This document shows, piece after piece, positions 37,919-46,273 of a stretch of 64,000 nucleotides of DNA. The stretch spans positions 18,265 to 82,264 of the forward strand of contig CAZTEH010000004.1 of NCBI GenBank assembly GCA_964612345.1, given 5' to 3'. The stretch is from an uncultured Oscillospiraceae bacterium (GTDB lineage: Bacteria > Bacillota > Clostridia > Peptostreptococcales > Anaerovoracaceae). The position numbers were made by a program, and so were the translations under genes. Under the pieces are notes generated by a model. That model was not told where the DNA came from. It was given only the letters and a program-made list of their open reading frames with translations, and searched no databases. Each line of letters begins with the position of its first letter. The first letter of the stretch is position 1.

Positions 37919-38776
37919 ATGCGGTTTCTGATTTTCGGAGCTTCCGGCATGGCGGGCCATACAATCGTTGCTTATCTGATGGAGCAGGGGCACGATGTGA
38001 CATCGTTCTCCAGACAGCCCTTGAATTATTGTAATAAGGTCGTGATCGGCGATGTATTAAATGATCAGGTAATCGAAAAGGCAATACGGGAAAACAATTA
38101 CGATGTTATTGTAAATTGTGTCGGAGTTTTAAATCAGACTGCAGAAGAGGACAAGCCAAAAGCTGTATTGCTGAATAGCTATCTACCGCATCGAATCAGC
38201 TCCTGTGCGAACCGGTATGGATCCAGGCTCATTCAAATGAGCACTGATTGTGTATTTTCCGGAAACACTGGTGGGTATCAGGAAGATTCCTTACCGGACG
38301 GGAAAACCTTTTATGATCGGACGAAGGCTTTAGGGGAAGTCAATGATGCCGTGAATCTGACATTTCGAAATTCCATTATCGGACCGGATATCAATCAAAA
38401 GGGAATCGGATTATTCAACTGGTTCATGAAGCAATCGGGTAGCCTATCGGGTTTCAATAAAGCGATCTGGACGGGTGTGACAACCTTGACACTGGCAAAG
38501 GCAATTGAAGCCGCAGCGGAGCAGAATCTGACCGGCATTTATCATTTGGTCAACAATAAGACGATCAGTAAGTACGAGTTGCTTAAGCTATTCAATTATT
38601 ATTTTAAAGCGGATAGACTAACGATTTCGCCTAATGATAAGGTAAACGTGGATAAGTCATTGATCAACACCAGAAAGGATTTTGATTTCATAGTGTCTGA
38701 TTATGATGTTATGGTTATGCAAATGCACGATTGGATCGACGGGCACAAGGAATTCTATCCGCACTATTTTAAATAA
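37919..38776 (+). CDS. RmlD-like SDR reductase (WbvR/QnlB type rather than CapF/FnlB type)
   Basis: 285 aa with MRFLIFGASGMAGHTI, STDCVFSG and YDRTKALGE (YxxxK). Its size and architecture fit dTDP-4-dehydrorhamnose-reductase-like C4 reductases, not the ~370-aa two-domain CapF. Confidence 0.65.
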   Translation: MRFLIFGASGMAGHTIVAYLMEQGHDVTSFSRQPLNYCNKVVIGDVLNDQVIEKAIRENNYDVIVNCVGVLNQTAEEDKPKAVLLNSYLPHRISSCANRYGSRLIQMSTDCVFSGNTGGYQEDSLPDGKTFYDRTKALGEVNDAVNLTFRNSIIGPDINQKGIGLFNWFMKQSGSLSGFNKAIWTGVTTLTLAKAIEAAAEQNLTGIYHLVNNKTISKYELLKLFNYYFKADRLTISPNDKVNVDKSLINTRKDFDFIVSDYDVMVMQMHDWIDGHKEFYPHYFK

Positions 38777-38791
38777 TATAAGAGGTATAAG

Positions 38792-39919
38792 ATGAATACA
38801 AAGTTGAAAGTGATGACCATTATCGGTACCAGGCCGGAGATTATAAAATTAAGCGAGATCATAAAAAAATGTGATGTCTACTTTGACCATATTCTGGTCC
38901 ATACGGGACAAAATTGGGACTATACACTGAACAAGGTGTTCTTTGAGGAGCTGGGCCTGCGTGAACCTGATTATTATCTGGACTCAGTGGGGAAAAATCT
39001 TGGTGAAACAATGGGCAATATCATAGCCAAGTCCTATGATCTGCTGGTTGAGGTAAAGCCGGATGCGCTTCTAATCCTGGGCGACACCAATTCAGCACTT
39101 TCCGCTATATCCGCAAAACGATTGAAGACACCGATTTTTCATATGGAAGCGGGCAACCGATGCTTTGACGAAAACCTTCCAGAGGAAATCAACAGAAAGA
39201 TCGTAGATCATATCAGCGATATTAATTTGCCTTATACTGAGCATGCCCGCAGATATCTGCTGGCGGAAGGTATTCGGAAAGAGCATATCTATGTCACCGG
39301 CTCACCCATGTTTGAGGTGATCGACAAATACAGAACGCAGATCGAAGAGAGCGATATCCTGAAACCGCTGGAATTGGAGAAGAGTAAGTATATCATTGTC
39401 TCGGCTCATAGAGAAGAAAATATAGATAATGAAAAAAATTTCCTTTCACTGATGACGGCAATCAATCGAATTGCAGAAATTTACAATATGCCTGTGGTTT
39501 ATTCCACACATCCCAGAAGCAGGAAATTTATTGACGAAAGAGGATTCCAATTCCATAAGCTGGTACGGAGCCTGAAACCGTTTGGTTTCTTTGACTACAA
39601 CAAGCTGCAGCTCAATGCATTTTGTGTGCTGTCCGACAGCGGAACGTTGGCGGAGGAGACAGCGATCCTGAAATTTCCATCCGTCTCGTTGCGAACTTCA
39701 ACGGAGCGGCCGGAGGCACTTGATAAAGGCGGTATGGTCTTAGGCGGCATAAAAACAGATAATATCCTGCAGGCCGTAGAGCTATCTAGAACGATGTGGG
39801 AGAACGGTGACAAGGGGATCGATGTCCCGGCATATTCTGATGGGAATGTATCGGGGAAGATCGTGAAAATGATCCAGAGCTATACGAAAATAGTCAATAA
39901 GGTTATCTGGGACAAATAG
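38792..39919 (+). CDS. UDP-HexNAc 2-epimerase, non-hydrolysing (CapG/FnlC/QnlC/WbvD type)
   Basis: KVMTIIGTRPEIIKLS, HTGQNWDY, LILGDTNS and HMEAGNRCFDENLPEEINRKIVDHISD. Confidence 0.9.
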   Translation: MNTKLKVMTIIGTRPEIIKLSEIIKKCDVYFDHILVHTGQNWDYTLNKVFFEELGLREPDYYLDSVGKNLGETMGNIIAKSYDLLVEVKPDALLILGDTNSALSAISAKRLKTPIFHMEAGNRCFDENLPEEINRKIVDHISDINLPYTEHARRYLLAEGIRKEHIYVTGSPMFEVIDKYRTQIEESDILKPLELEKSKYIIVSAHREENIDNEKNFLSLMTAINRIAEIYNMPVVYSTHPRSRKFIDERGFQFHKLVRSLKPFGFFDYNKLQLNAFCVLSDSGTLAEETAILKFPSVSLRTSTERPEALDKGGMVLGGIKTDNILQAVELSRTMWENGDKGIDVPAYSDGNVSGKIVKMIQSYTKIVNKVIWDK

Positions 39920-39944
39920 AACGTTACAAATCAAATCATAGAAA

Positions 39945-39990
39945 AAGACAGCCTGCTTCCGATCATTTCAGGATCTGAAGCAGGCTTTTT
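39945..39990. terminator. Bidirectional terminator between the convergent glycan transcription units
   Basis: GCCTGCTTC (39951-39959) pairs with GAAGCAGGC (39977-39985). It is flanked by AAAAA upstream and TTTTT downstream. The stop codon of the minus-strand GT lies in the loop. Confidence 0.7.
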
Positions 39991-41285
39991 ATAAAGTTTT
40001 CTGAGGAAAAATGCTCTTCATAATATTTTCTGGAATTCTTCCCGTATTGGCTGACTGCGGAGGGATCGGCAGCGTGTCCGTAACAAAGGCTGGCAAATTG
40101 GTAAAGGTTTTCTGCAAGGGTTAGATGTTCTTCTGCCTCACAAACCAGTCCGCATTCCGCTTCCTGGATCACAGCGGCGGTTTCGCCATCAATAGCAGCT
40201 AAAATCGGCTTTCCTGCAGCCATATATGTCTGCACCTTATTCGGAAGTGTGCTGGATATCACGTCATCCTTCTTCAAAGTTATGAGCATAGCATCGGCGA
40301 TACTGTAAAATTGGGGCATTGCCTCCAACGGATGCCGGCCGTGAAAGACCACACCTGCTTTAAGCCCTGTTTCGCTCGGATTCTCTGCCTCTGCATCGCT
40401 GACTAGGATATCCAGCTCTTTTGCAAGTGTGATACTGTTCTCATAAGCTGATCCATCTCCCACAATATGGACCAGTACGGGGTATGGCAATTGTTTTTTA
40501 GAGTGTAATAGATCCAACTTCAATTCATAGACTGCCTTCAGAATCGTTTCTACACCCTGCATTTTTCCGATGTTGCCGGCAAAGACAAAATTACAGACAT
40601 CGGATACCGACTCGGAACAGATGCTTTCGGGGCCGGAAAATAAATCTTGAGCAAACATGGGGATATGTGTAATGGGCCCCTTATAGTCGAGTATTTCTCT
40701 TAAGTATTTGTCAAAATGTCTCGAGCTTGTGATAATGTGATCACACTTATTGTAAATGTAACGGCTGATCAGCTTAATTGTATTATAAAAGAATCCATGA
40801 TTTTTCAGCCCTACAGAGACGATGCTTTCAGGCCAAAGATCAAAGCAATACAAAAACATAGGCAGCTTTAACTTTTTCTTGAGAATAATTGCGGGGATCC
40901 CCATTGTGACTGGAGAATACTGTGTTACCAAAATCCGATCGAAAGTGGTACCGGATTTTTTCGATTGCTTTGCAATACGGTAAGCTGCACGGGAAGCGTT
41001 GAACGCAAAGCTTAAATAATTGAGCATCAAATTCCGTTTGCCAGTTTTTCGAGGATAAAGCCTGCATCGGAGCACGTTGACATTATTGATCAACTCAGTA
41101 AAGATTCCGTGAGATGTATTTTTCAAATCTCGCCACTGATATTCAGGAAAAATTTTTCCCATCGGATAATTCGGCTGTCCTGTGAGCACCGTCACCTCAT
41201 GCCCGAGAGAGGCCAATTTGGAGCAGATGTCGTTGACTCCAAACTGTTCGGGATAATAATATTGAGAGATAATCAAAAATTTCAT
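39963..41285 (-). CDS. GT4-family glycosyltransferase of the WbuB/Cap5L type (candidate 6-deoxy-L-HexNAc transferase)
   Basis: GAGGAG RBS. MKFLIISQYYYPEQFGVNDICSKLASLGHEVTVLTGQPNYP is the typical WbuB-like N-terminus. C-terminal LPNKVQTYMAAGKPILAA. Confidence 0.75.
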   Translation of the reverse strand: MKFLIISQYYYPEQFGVNDICSKLASLGHEVTVLTGQPNYPMGKIFPEYQWRDLKNTSHGIFTELINNVNVLRCRLYPRKTGKRNLMLNYLSFAFNASRAAYRIAKQSKKSGTTFDRILVTQYSPVTMGIPAIILKKKLKLPMFLYCFDLWPESIVSVGLKNHGFFYNTIKLISRYIYNKCDHIITSSRHFDKYLREILDYKGPITHIPMFAQDLFSGPESICSESVSDVCNFVFAGNIGKMQGVETILKAVYELKLDLLHSKKQLPYPVLVHIVGDGSAYENSITLAKELDILVSDAEAENPSETGLKAGVVFHGRHPLEAMPQFYSIADAMLITLKKDDVISSTLPNKVQTYMAAGKPILAAIDGETAAVIQEAECGLVCEAEEHLTLAENLYQFASLCYGHAADPSAVSQYGKNSRKYYEEHFSSENFIKSLLQILK

Positions 41286-41308
41286 GGCAACTCCTCAATC
41301 GATTGAAT

Positions 41309-42259
41309 TTAACCCCGATATTTAATAATGCCGTAGTCCACACGGACCCCGCTCAGGTATTCCTCTACTTCTTCTTTAATTCCATCTTCAAAAGAAAGCG
41401 GATCGTAGCCAAAATCATTCTTTGCATCTGCATGACTAAATGCCTTGTCCTCCTGCATTCTCATTACCTGTTCAACGGTAATGATAGCATTTTTAAACAA
41501 TGCATTATAGACCTTTGCCGCTAAAATCGAGAAAGAAATCGGGATAGGGATAATCTGGATATTACTGCCTATATAGGAACGAATGATCTTTATTATTTTC
41601 AGGTAGGAAATCTGATCTTTGCCGGATAGGTTGTACTCCTTATTCATCGTTTTGTCTGGGTTCAGCAGCACATCATAATAGGCATTTCCAAGATCTCTCG
41701 CATGCACCGGCTGCATGAGATTCTGACCGTTGCCGAACAGTGGAAAGATCCTATGCTCTTTCAAATATCCGATCAATCGATACATATTTCTATCAGCGGA
41801 GGATCCGTAAATCATAGTTGGTCTTAATACGGTGCAATTCAGAATACGTTCTCCGTTTTGATTGAACACCTTATGACCAATTATTTCATCCTCGATATTA
41901 ATATAAACTTCGGATGCACTCTTATATTTTGAAAAACGACCAGTGGTATGGACAAGAATTACCCAATTGGCATGACTTCTGATTGCTGAATTAACAATTA
42001 TTAAAGAACGCGTAATCCCTGCAATATGGATAACCGTCTGGACTCCCTTCATTGACTCGATTAAGAAATCCTCATCCTCAATATTACCGACAACGAATTC
42101 AATGTCCAGACTGCATTGGTCGAATATTTTATATTTCTCTGGTGTCTTTTCTCGGCTGTCTCTCATTACACAACGAATCCTGCCCTGGTATCCCTCGGAT
42201 GCAAGTCTTTTTAACAGCCATTTACCACTGTGTCCCGTAATTCCTGTAATATACAACAT
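41309..42259 (-). CDS. NAD(P)-dependent sugar epimerase/reductase (Cap5N-like SDR)
   Basis: MLYITGITGHSGKWLLKRL Rossmann start, 316 aa. It lies immediately downstream of the small phosphoglycosyl transferase, as in the S. aureus cap5M-cap5N arrangement. Confidence 0.7.
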   Translation of the reverse strand: MLYITGITGHSGKWLLKRLASEGYQGRIRCVMRDSREKTPEKYKIFDQCSLDIEFVVGNIEDEDFLIESMKGVQTVIHIAGITRSLIIVNSAIRSHANWVILVHTTGRFSKYKSASEVYINIEDEIIGHKVFNQNGERILNCTVLRPTMIYGSSADRNMYRLIGYLKEHRIFPLFGNGQNLMQPVHARDLGNAYYDVLLNPDKTMNKEYNLSGKDQISYLKIIKIIRSYIGSNIQIIPIPISFSILAAKVYNALFKNAIITVEQVMRMQEDKAFSHADAKNDFGYDPLSFEDGIKEEVEEYLSGVRVDYGIIKYRG

Positions 42260-42279
42260 ATTTTCTTACTCCGATCGGA

Positions 42280-42900
42280 TTATAGATTCGCTTTCGGCCC
42301 GCCTTCGGAAACACCTTTCCGCGCAAGTACGCTGAATATGGTCATAACGAATATACGAACATCCAAAGAGAAACAGATATTTTTCGCATAGAAGCCATCT
42401 AGTTCCGCCTTGACGTCAATCGGCAGTTCATCTCTACCGTTTACCTGCGCCCATCCTGTTATTCCGGGTTTCATTGAGTTGGCGCTGATTCCTGTCTTCG
42501 ATTTCTGATTTTCTCTCGCCTGCAGGAGATCGTATTGGTTCCATAAAGCCGGTCTGGGACCAATAAATGACATCTCCCCATTTAGGATATTCAGAAGCTG
42601 AGGAAGTTCATCAAGACTTGTTTTTCTGAGGATTTTACCAGATTTGGTTATATAGCTTTCAGGATCCTGAAGAAGATGAGTCGGAGTATCTTTCGGTGCG
42701 TTTGCCATCATTGTTCTGAACTTATATATTTCAAAAAAAACTCCGCTTTTCCCAAATCTCTTCTGCTTAAATAAAACTGGACCCTTGGAATCCAGTTTTA
42801 TTATAAGTGAAATCAAGAATAATATCGGTGCCAGCAATACAATCAGACATAGAGCAAAGATACGATCTAAGATCTGCTTAACATGAAGATACAGTTTCAT
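42280..42900 (-). CDS. Small monotopic phosphoglycosyl transferase (PglC/Cap5M/WbaP-C-terminal type, Bac_transf)
   Basis: 206 aa with one N-terminal re-entrant helix (IFALCLIVLLAPILFLISLIIKL), then DSKGPVLFKQKRFGKSGVFFEIYKFRTM, DELPQLLNIL.GEMSFIGPRP and PGITGWAQVNGR. Confidence 0.9.
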   Translation of the reverse strand: MKLYLHVKQILDRIFALCLIVLLAPILFLISLIIKLDSKGPVLFKQKRFGKSGVFFEIYKFRTMMANAPKDTPTHLLQDPESYITKSGKILRKTSLDELPQLLNILNGEMSFIGPRPALWNQYDLLQARENQKSKTGISANSMKPGITGWAQVNGRDELPIDVKAELDGFYAKNICFSLDVRIFVMTIFSVLARKGVSEGGPKANL

Positions 42901-42921
42901 CCTTTTAAATCCTTTAACTTT

Positions 42922-44886
42922 TTATTCTATATTTGAGTGAGCTTTCAGCATCATATTGATTGAGATACCCATACCGAGCAGTCCGTAAAACATTGGCATA
43001 ACAGATACAGTGCTATCGTTCACGAATCCAGAAACAAGAAATCCACAGATACCAAGGAATATACCAACACCAGTATAAGTGATAAAGCGATCGTATTTAG
43101 CACGCCGATATATTGAAAAGCTTTGTATAATGTAAATCCCCCAAAGAACCAGCAATGAGAGCATTGAGATTCCGCCCGTTCCAATAATCGCATCAAAGTA
43201 CATGTTATGAGGTTTATCAACGACAATATTTATATTAGTTGAAAATGTACCAGAATTATATTTGCCGACATAATCGTCATGAGGGAAATAGATACAGAAA
43301 GTATCAGCACCATGCCCTAATATTAGAGTATCCTTCATTAGAGGGATTGATCTTGACCAAATGTAGCCACGACCACTACCAAAGCCTTGGTTATTTTTCC
43401 ATCCGATTGCATCTACTTTACGCAAATCAATTATCTTGCCAAATCCATTTAAGTATTTGGGGCCATCTGCTGTAATCATAAATGGCCATTCGTCTCCATT
43501 TGTTCCAATTACAAAATAATGATTTGAACTTTCATCTTGAGCAGGTCTAACCGTGATCAACTTAAATCGGGGATCATTGACTTTATAAATTGGAGTGACA
43601 TTTGTAGGAGCCAAATCCAAGATATTATCTTCAGAATCACTGATTTGCAAAGCGATTGGATCATCAGGGAATGTTTTGAATTTCACTTCATTGCCATCGA
43701 AACTTAAAACAATTGAATCTCCGGAGATTGTCATATAGTCTAATTTATGTTGAACATTTGAATCAGTACTAACACCTGGAGAAGTTGAAGTATCTGTTGC
43801 TGAAAGTTCAGACTGGACAGATCCGCTCTTTCCCAATACACTATCGATGGCATTAGTTAATTCGGGAAGCCATCTTTCATAACTAATACCGGCGATTACA
43901 ATGGTTAAAGCTAGTAGGATTGTAACGGGTTTCCACCACTGTATGATTCTTTTGTTAAGAACAATAATTCCTATCATAACAACAACAGCCATACCTAAAA
44001 GTCCACCTGACGAGGCAGAACCTATCAAGTTAAAAATTAGCAGAGTGAACAATGCGCCCCAGGTAAATTTTCTCCACAATGGTTCTTTATCTTGTTTCAT
44101 AACAGACATTATAAATATCATGCCGAACAATGGAATAAGTAATGTTAAGTAAAAAGATACATAGTTTATATTATAAACAGTTTGATATATTTCTTTGTTT
44201 TGGAAAGTAAAATTTAAACTATCAACATCTTTCCAGAACCAACTTGGAGTTAATAATTTTTTACCAATATCAGTTCTGAAAAAATCATGATCGAGTGCCT
44301 GTGTCAATCCTAGGATTCCCAAAAGAGCGCTCGTTACAGCAAGTGGATATACAACCCATTTAACATCCCGTTCTGTACGTATCGTATTGATAACATAGAA
44401 TAAAACGATCATATAGCCTAAAAGAGAAAGCGTGCCTTCAAATCGATCGTTCCAACCCCATAAAGCAAATATCTTGTAATCTGAGGTGGCATAAGATAAT
44501 AAAACAAAAACTGTATAGATTATCATCGGGATATATGCAAAGCTTCGTTTTAAGGAAAAAGATTGTGAAAAAACTCTATATAAGAGAAGTACTAATACAA
44601 AGACAGCACATATAATTATTGCTTGCATTTTATAGTAACTGAAAAAGTCAGTTAGCTGATTTTTTCCGCCGCTCCAAAAAAACTGGCTCATTGGTCTTTC
44701 GTAAATGACCATTCTAGTGAGTATGATAATAACCGCAGTGAAAATGGATATTGGAAGCATTTGGAACCAATGAGTATTCTCACCTATTTTTGGCGCACAA
44801 CTCATATTATAAAGATAACCTGGTAAAAATCTATTGCTATTATTTACTTTCTTTTCTACATCCTTTTTCTTTGTATCCTTCGACAT
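42922..44886 (-). CDS. Wzy_C (O-antigen ligase/PglL/WsaB-type) polytopic membrane protein with an enlarged external loop; candidate O-oligosaccharyltransferase
   Basis: 654 aa, GGAGG RBS, about 10 TM segments in residues 40-335 and 2-3 in 570-650. The loop carries the ligase-type signatures GSGRGYIWSRSIPLMKDTLILGHGADTF and KPHNMYFDAIIGTGGIS (compare RL.iW...l.....P..G.G.G.F and aHN.yL..l.E.G..G). Confidence 0.7.
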   Translation of the reverse strand: MSKDTKKKDVEKKVNNSNRFLPGYLYNMSCAPKIGENTHWFQMLPISIFTAVIIILTRMVIYERPMSQFFWSGGKNQLTDFFSYYKMQAIIICAVFVLVLLLYRVFSQSFSLKRSFAYIPMIIYTVFVLLSYATSDYKIFALWGWNDRFEGTLSLLGYMIVLFYVINTIRTERDVKWVVYPLAVTSALLGILGLTQALDHDFFRTDIGKKLLTPSWFWKDVDSLNFTFQNKEIYQTVYNINYVSFYLTLLIPLFGMIFIMSVMKQDKEPLWRKFTWGALFTLLIFNLIGSASSGGLLGMAVVVMIGIIVLNKRIIQWWKPVTILLALTIVIAGISYERWLPELTNAIDSVLGKSGSVQSELSATDTSTSPGVSTDSNVQHKLDYMTISGDSIVLSFDGNEVKFKTFPDDPIALQISDSEDNILDLAPTNVTPIYKVNDPRFKLITVRPAQDESSNHYFVIGTNGDEWPFMITADGPKYLNGFGKIIDLRKVDAIGWKNNQGFGSGRGYIWSRSIPLMKDTLILGHGADTFCIYFPHDDYVGKYNSGTFSTNINIVVDKPHNMYFDAIIGTGGISMLSLLVLWGIYIIQSFSIYRRAKYDRFITYTGVGIFLGICGFLVSGFVNDSTVSVMPMFYGLLGMGISINMMLKAHSNIE

Positions 44887-45053
44887 TTGAATTCCTCCGT
44901 GTATCTAAAAATATCTATATTCCAACATTTAACTATATTATTATATCTTATAGCATAAACCCCTTCAAGTGAAAGTTATATATTAAATCCATTTCATAGA
45001 GAAGGGATATTGATAGTATGTGATATAAATTTATTACTATTATTTTTAATACA

Positions 45054-45082
45054 TTGACCTATAACAATTTGTCGTTTATAGT
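45054..45082 (+). promoter_or_regulatory. Sigma-A-like promoter of the 45136 gene
   Basis: TTGACC (45054-45059), 17-nt spacer, TATAGT (45077-45082). Confidence 0.45.
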
Positions 45083-45135
45083 TATGTTGATTGGAGTTTT
45101 ATTATTAGATTTAAGTCTATCAGAGGGGGATTTAC

Positions 45136-46182
45136 ATGAAAAGGGTTATTACATTTATCCTGCTATTATCATTATTTACTAGCAATTTATTAATATCATA
45201 TGCGGCTTCATCAGACACTCCGCCTTCAAATCAAAGAAAAATAATAGTCTATTTGAAACCTGACGTTTCTGTGGAGTTCAACAATGTTAAACAGGCATTT
45301 CGTGACCTAAATGGATCAGTAGTTTATCCAATTATATACAACGGTTCGACTTATTTACCTATTCGGGCTGTTTCAGGAATAATGAAAGAACCTATCGAAT
45401 GGGATGGAGCCAGTAAAACAATTTTCATTGGAAGAACTCTTTCGAATCCAAACAAAACCTCTGTCGATACAAGTACCGCTTCTGCTATAGCAATAAGTGA
45501 GGTGGACGAAAGTCGTATTTCTTTAAAAGCTGATTTGGTTAATGCATATTTAAAACCGGATATTTTGGTAATGTATGATTTTACACTCCAAACCTTCATA
45601 GATGTAAATGGAGTGCAGATTTATCCAATCATTTATAATGGGACAACCTACCTGCCAATTCGAGCTATCTCTGAGTTGATGAAAGAGCCTATCGAATGGG
45701 ACGGAATTAAGAAAACTGTTTACATAGGAGATGGCGAAGAAACGCAGCAAGAAAACACTGTAGAAGAGGAAGAGGTTAGCCTGGCAACGAAAAATCTTAT
45801 TAGCTTGTTTGAGCGGGAAGAGGTACTTTACTATGAAGCAACAGCGAAAACCACAAGCTTAAAAGATATTGTTTCTTTAGATGAAAAACAAATAATAGCA
45901 ACAGCAATTAGTGATAATTATTTACAAGCACAAAATTTAACCCTAGAAATAAAAGCAGTAGATATTTCAAATTATACAGATGAAGAAATAGCGACTTATA
46001 ATAAATTAATAGCTTTCGCTGAAAGTACTGAATATTATATTCTCGTATTAGAAAACATTGCTTATCTGGCGGCACAAGACTCAGATTATTCAATGCTTGC
46101 GGAGACATTCTTATACTTTGCGATGGATTGCCAGACTAAAATGGAAGAAACCAGGACTTTAGTGCAGGGTTTAAATCAATAA
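45136..46182 (+). CDS. Secreted protein with two copper-amine-oxidase N-terminal-like (stalk) domains and a helical C-terminal domain
   Basis: GAGGGGG RBS and signal peptide. It carries two copies of YPIIYNG(S/T)TYLPIRA(V/I)S..MKEPIEWDG..KT(I/V)(F/Y)IG, typical of the Cu_amine_oxidN1 family. Confidence 0.8.
   Translation: MKRVITFILLLSLFTSNLLISYAASSDTPPSNQRKIIVYLKPDVSVEFNNVKQAFRDLNGSVVYPIIYNGSTYLPIRAVSGIMKEPIEWDGASKTIFIGRTLSNPNKTSVDTSTASAIAISEVDESRISLKADLVNAYLKPDILVMYDFTLQTFIDVNGVQIYPIIYNGTTYLPIRAISELMKEPIEWDGIKKTVYIGDGEETQQENTVEEEEVSLATKNLISLFEREEVLYYEATAKTTSLKDIVSLDEKQIIATAISDNYLQAQNLTLEIKAVDISNYTDEEIATYNKLIAFAESTEYYILVLENIAYLAAQDSDYSMLAETFLYFAMDCQTKMEETRTLVQGLNQ
45244..45729 (+). repeat. 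Internal duplication (two ~63-aa stalk domains)
   Basis: Residues 37-99 and 136-198 align without gaps over most of their length. Confidence 0.8.
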
Positions 46183-46197
46183 GATTCAGTTTATTAT

Positions 46198-46235
46198 AAG
46201 AGAGTATCTATGAAGGATTCATAGATACTCTCTTG
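46198..46235. terminator. Bidirectional terminator between convergent genes
   Basis: AAGAGAGTATCTATGA (46198-46213) pairs with TCATAGATACTCTCTT (46220-46235): a 16-bp perfect stem followed by GTTTATTT. Confidence 0.7.
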
Positions 46236-46273
46236 TTTATTTCACCGTGACTTTGATTGAAAATAAGTTTATC

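Noticed and set aside
13142-44886. Alternative reading of the glycan locus as the SLH-binding secondary cell wall polymer or a capsule
   Set aside because: Not fully excluded. It is disfavoured because no CsaB pyruvyl transferase, TagO/TagA-type, LCP ligase, Wzx/Wzy pair or chain-length regulator gene is present, whereas a Wzy_C ligase-type protein is.
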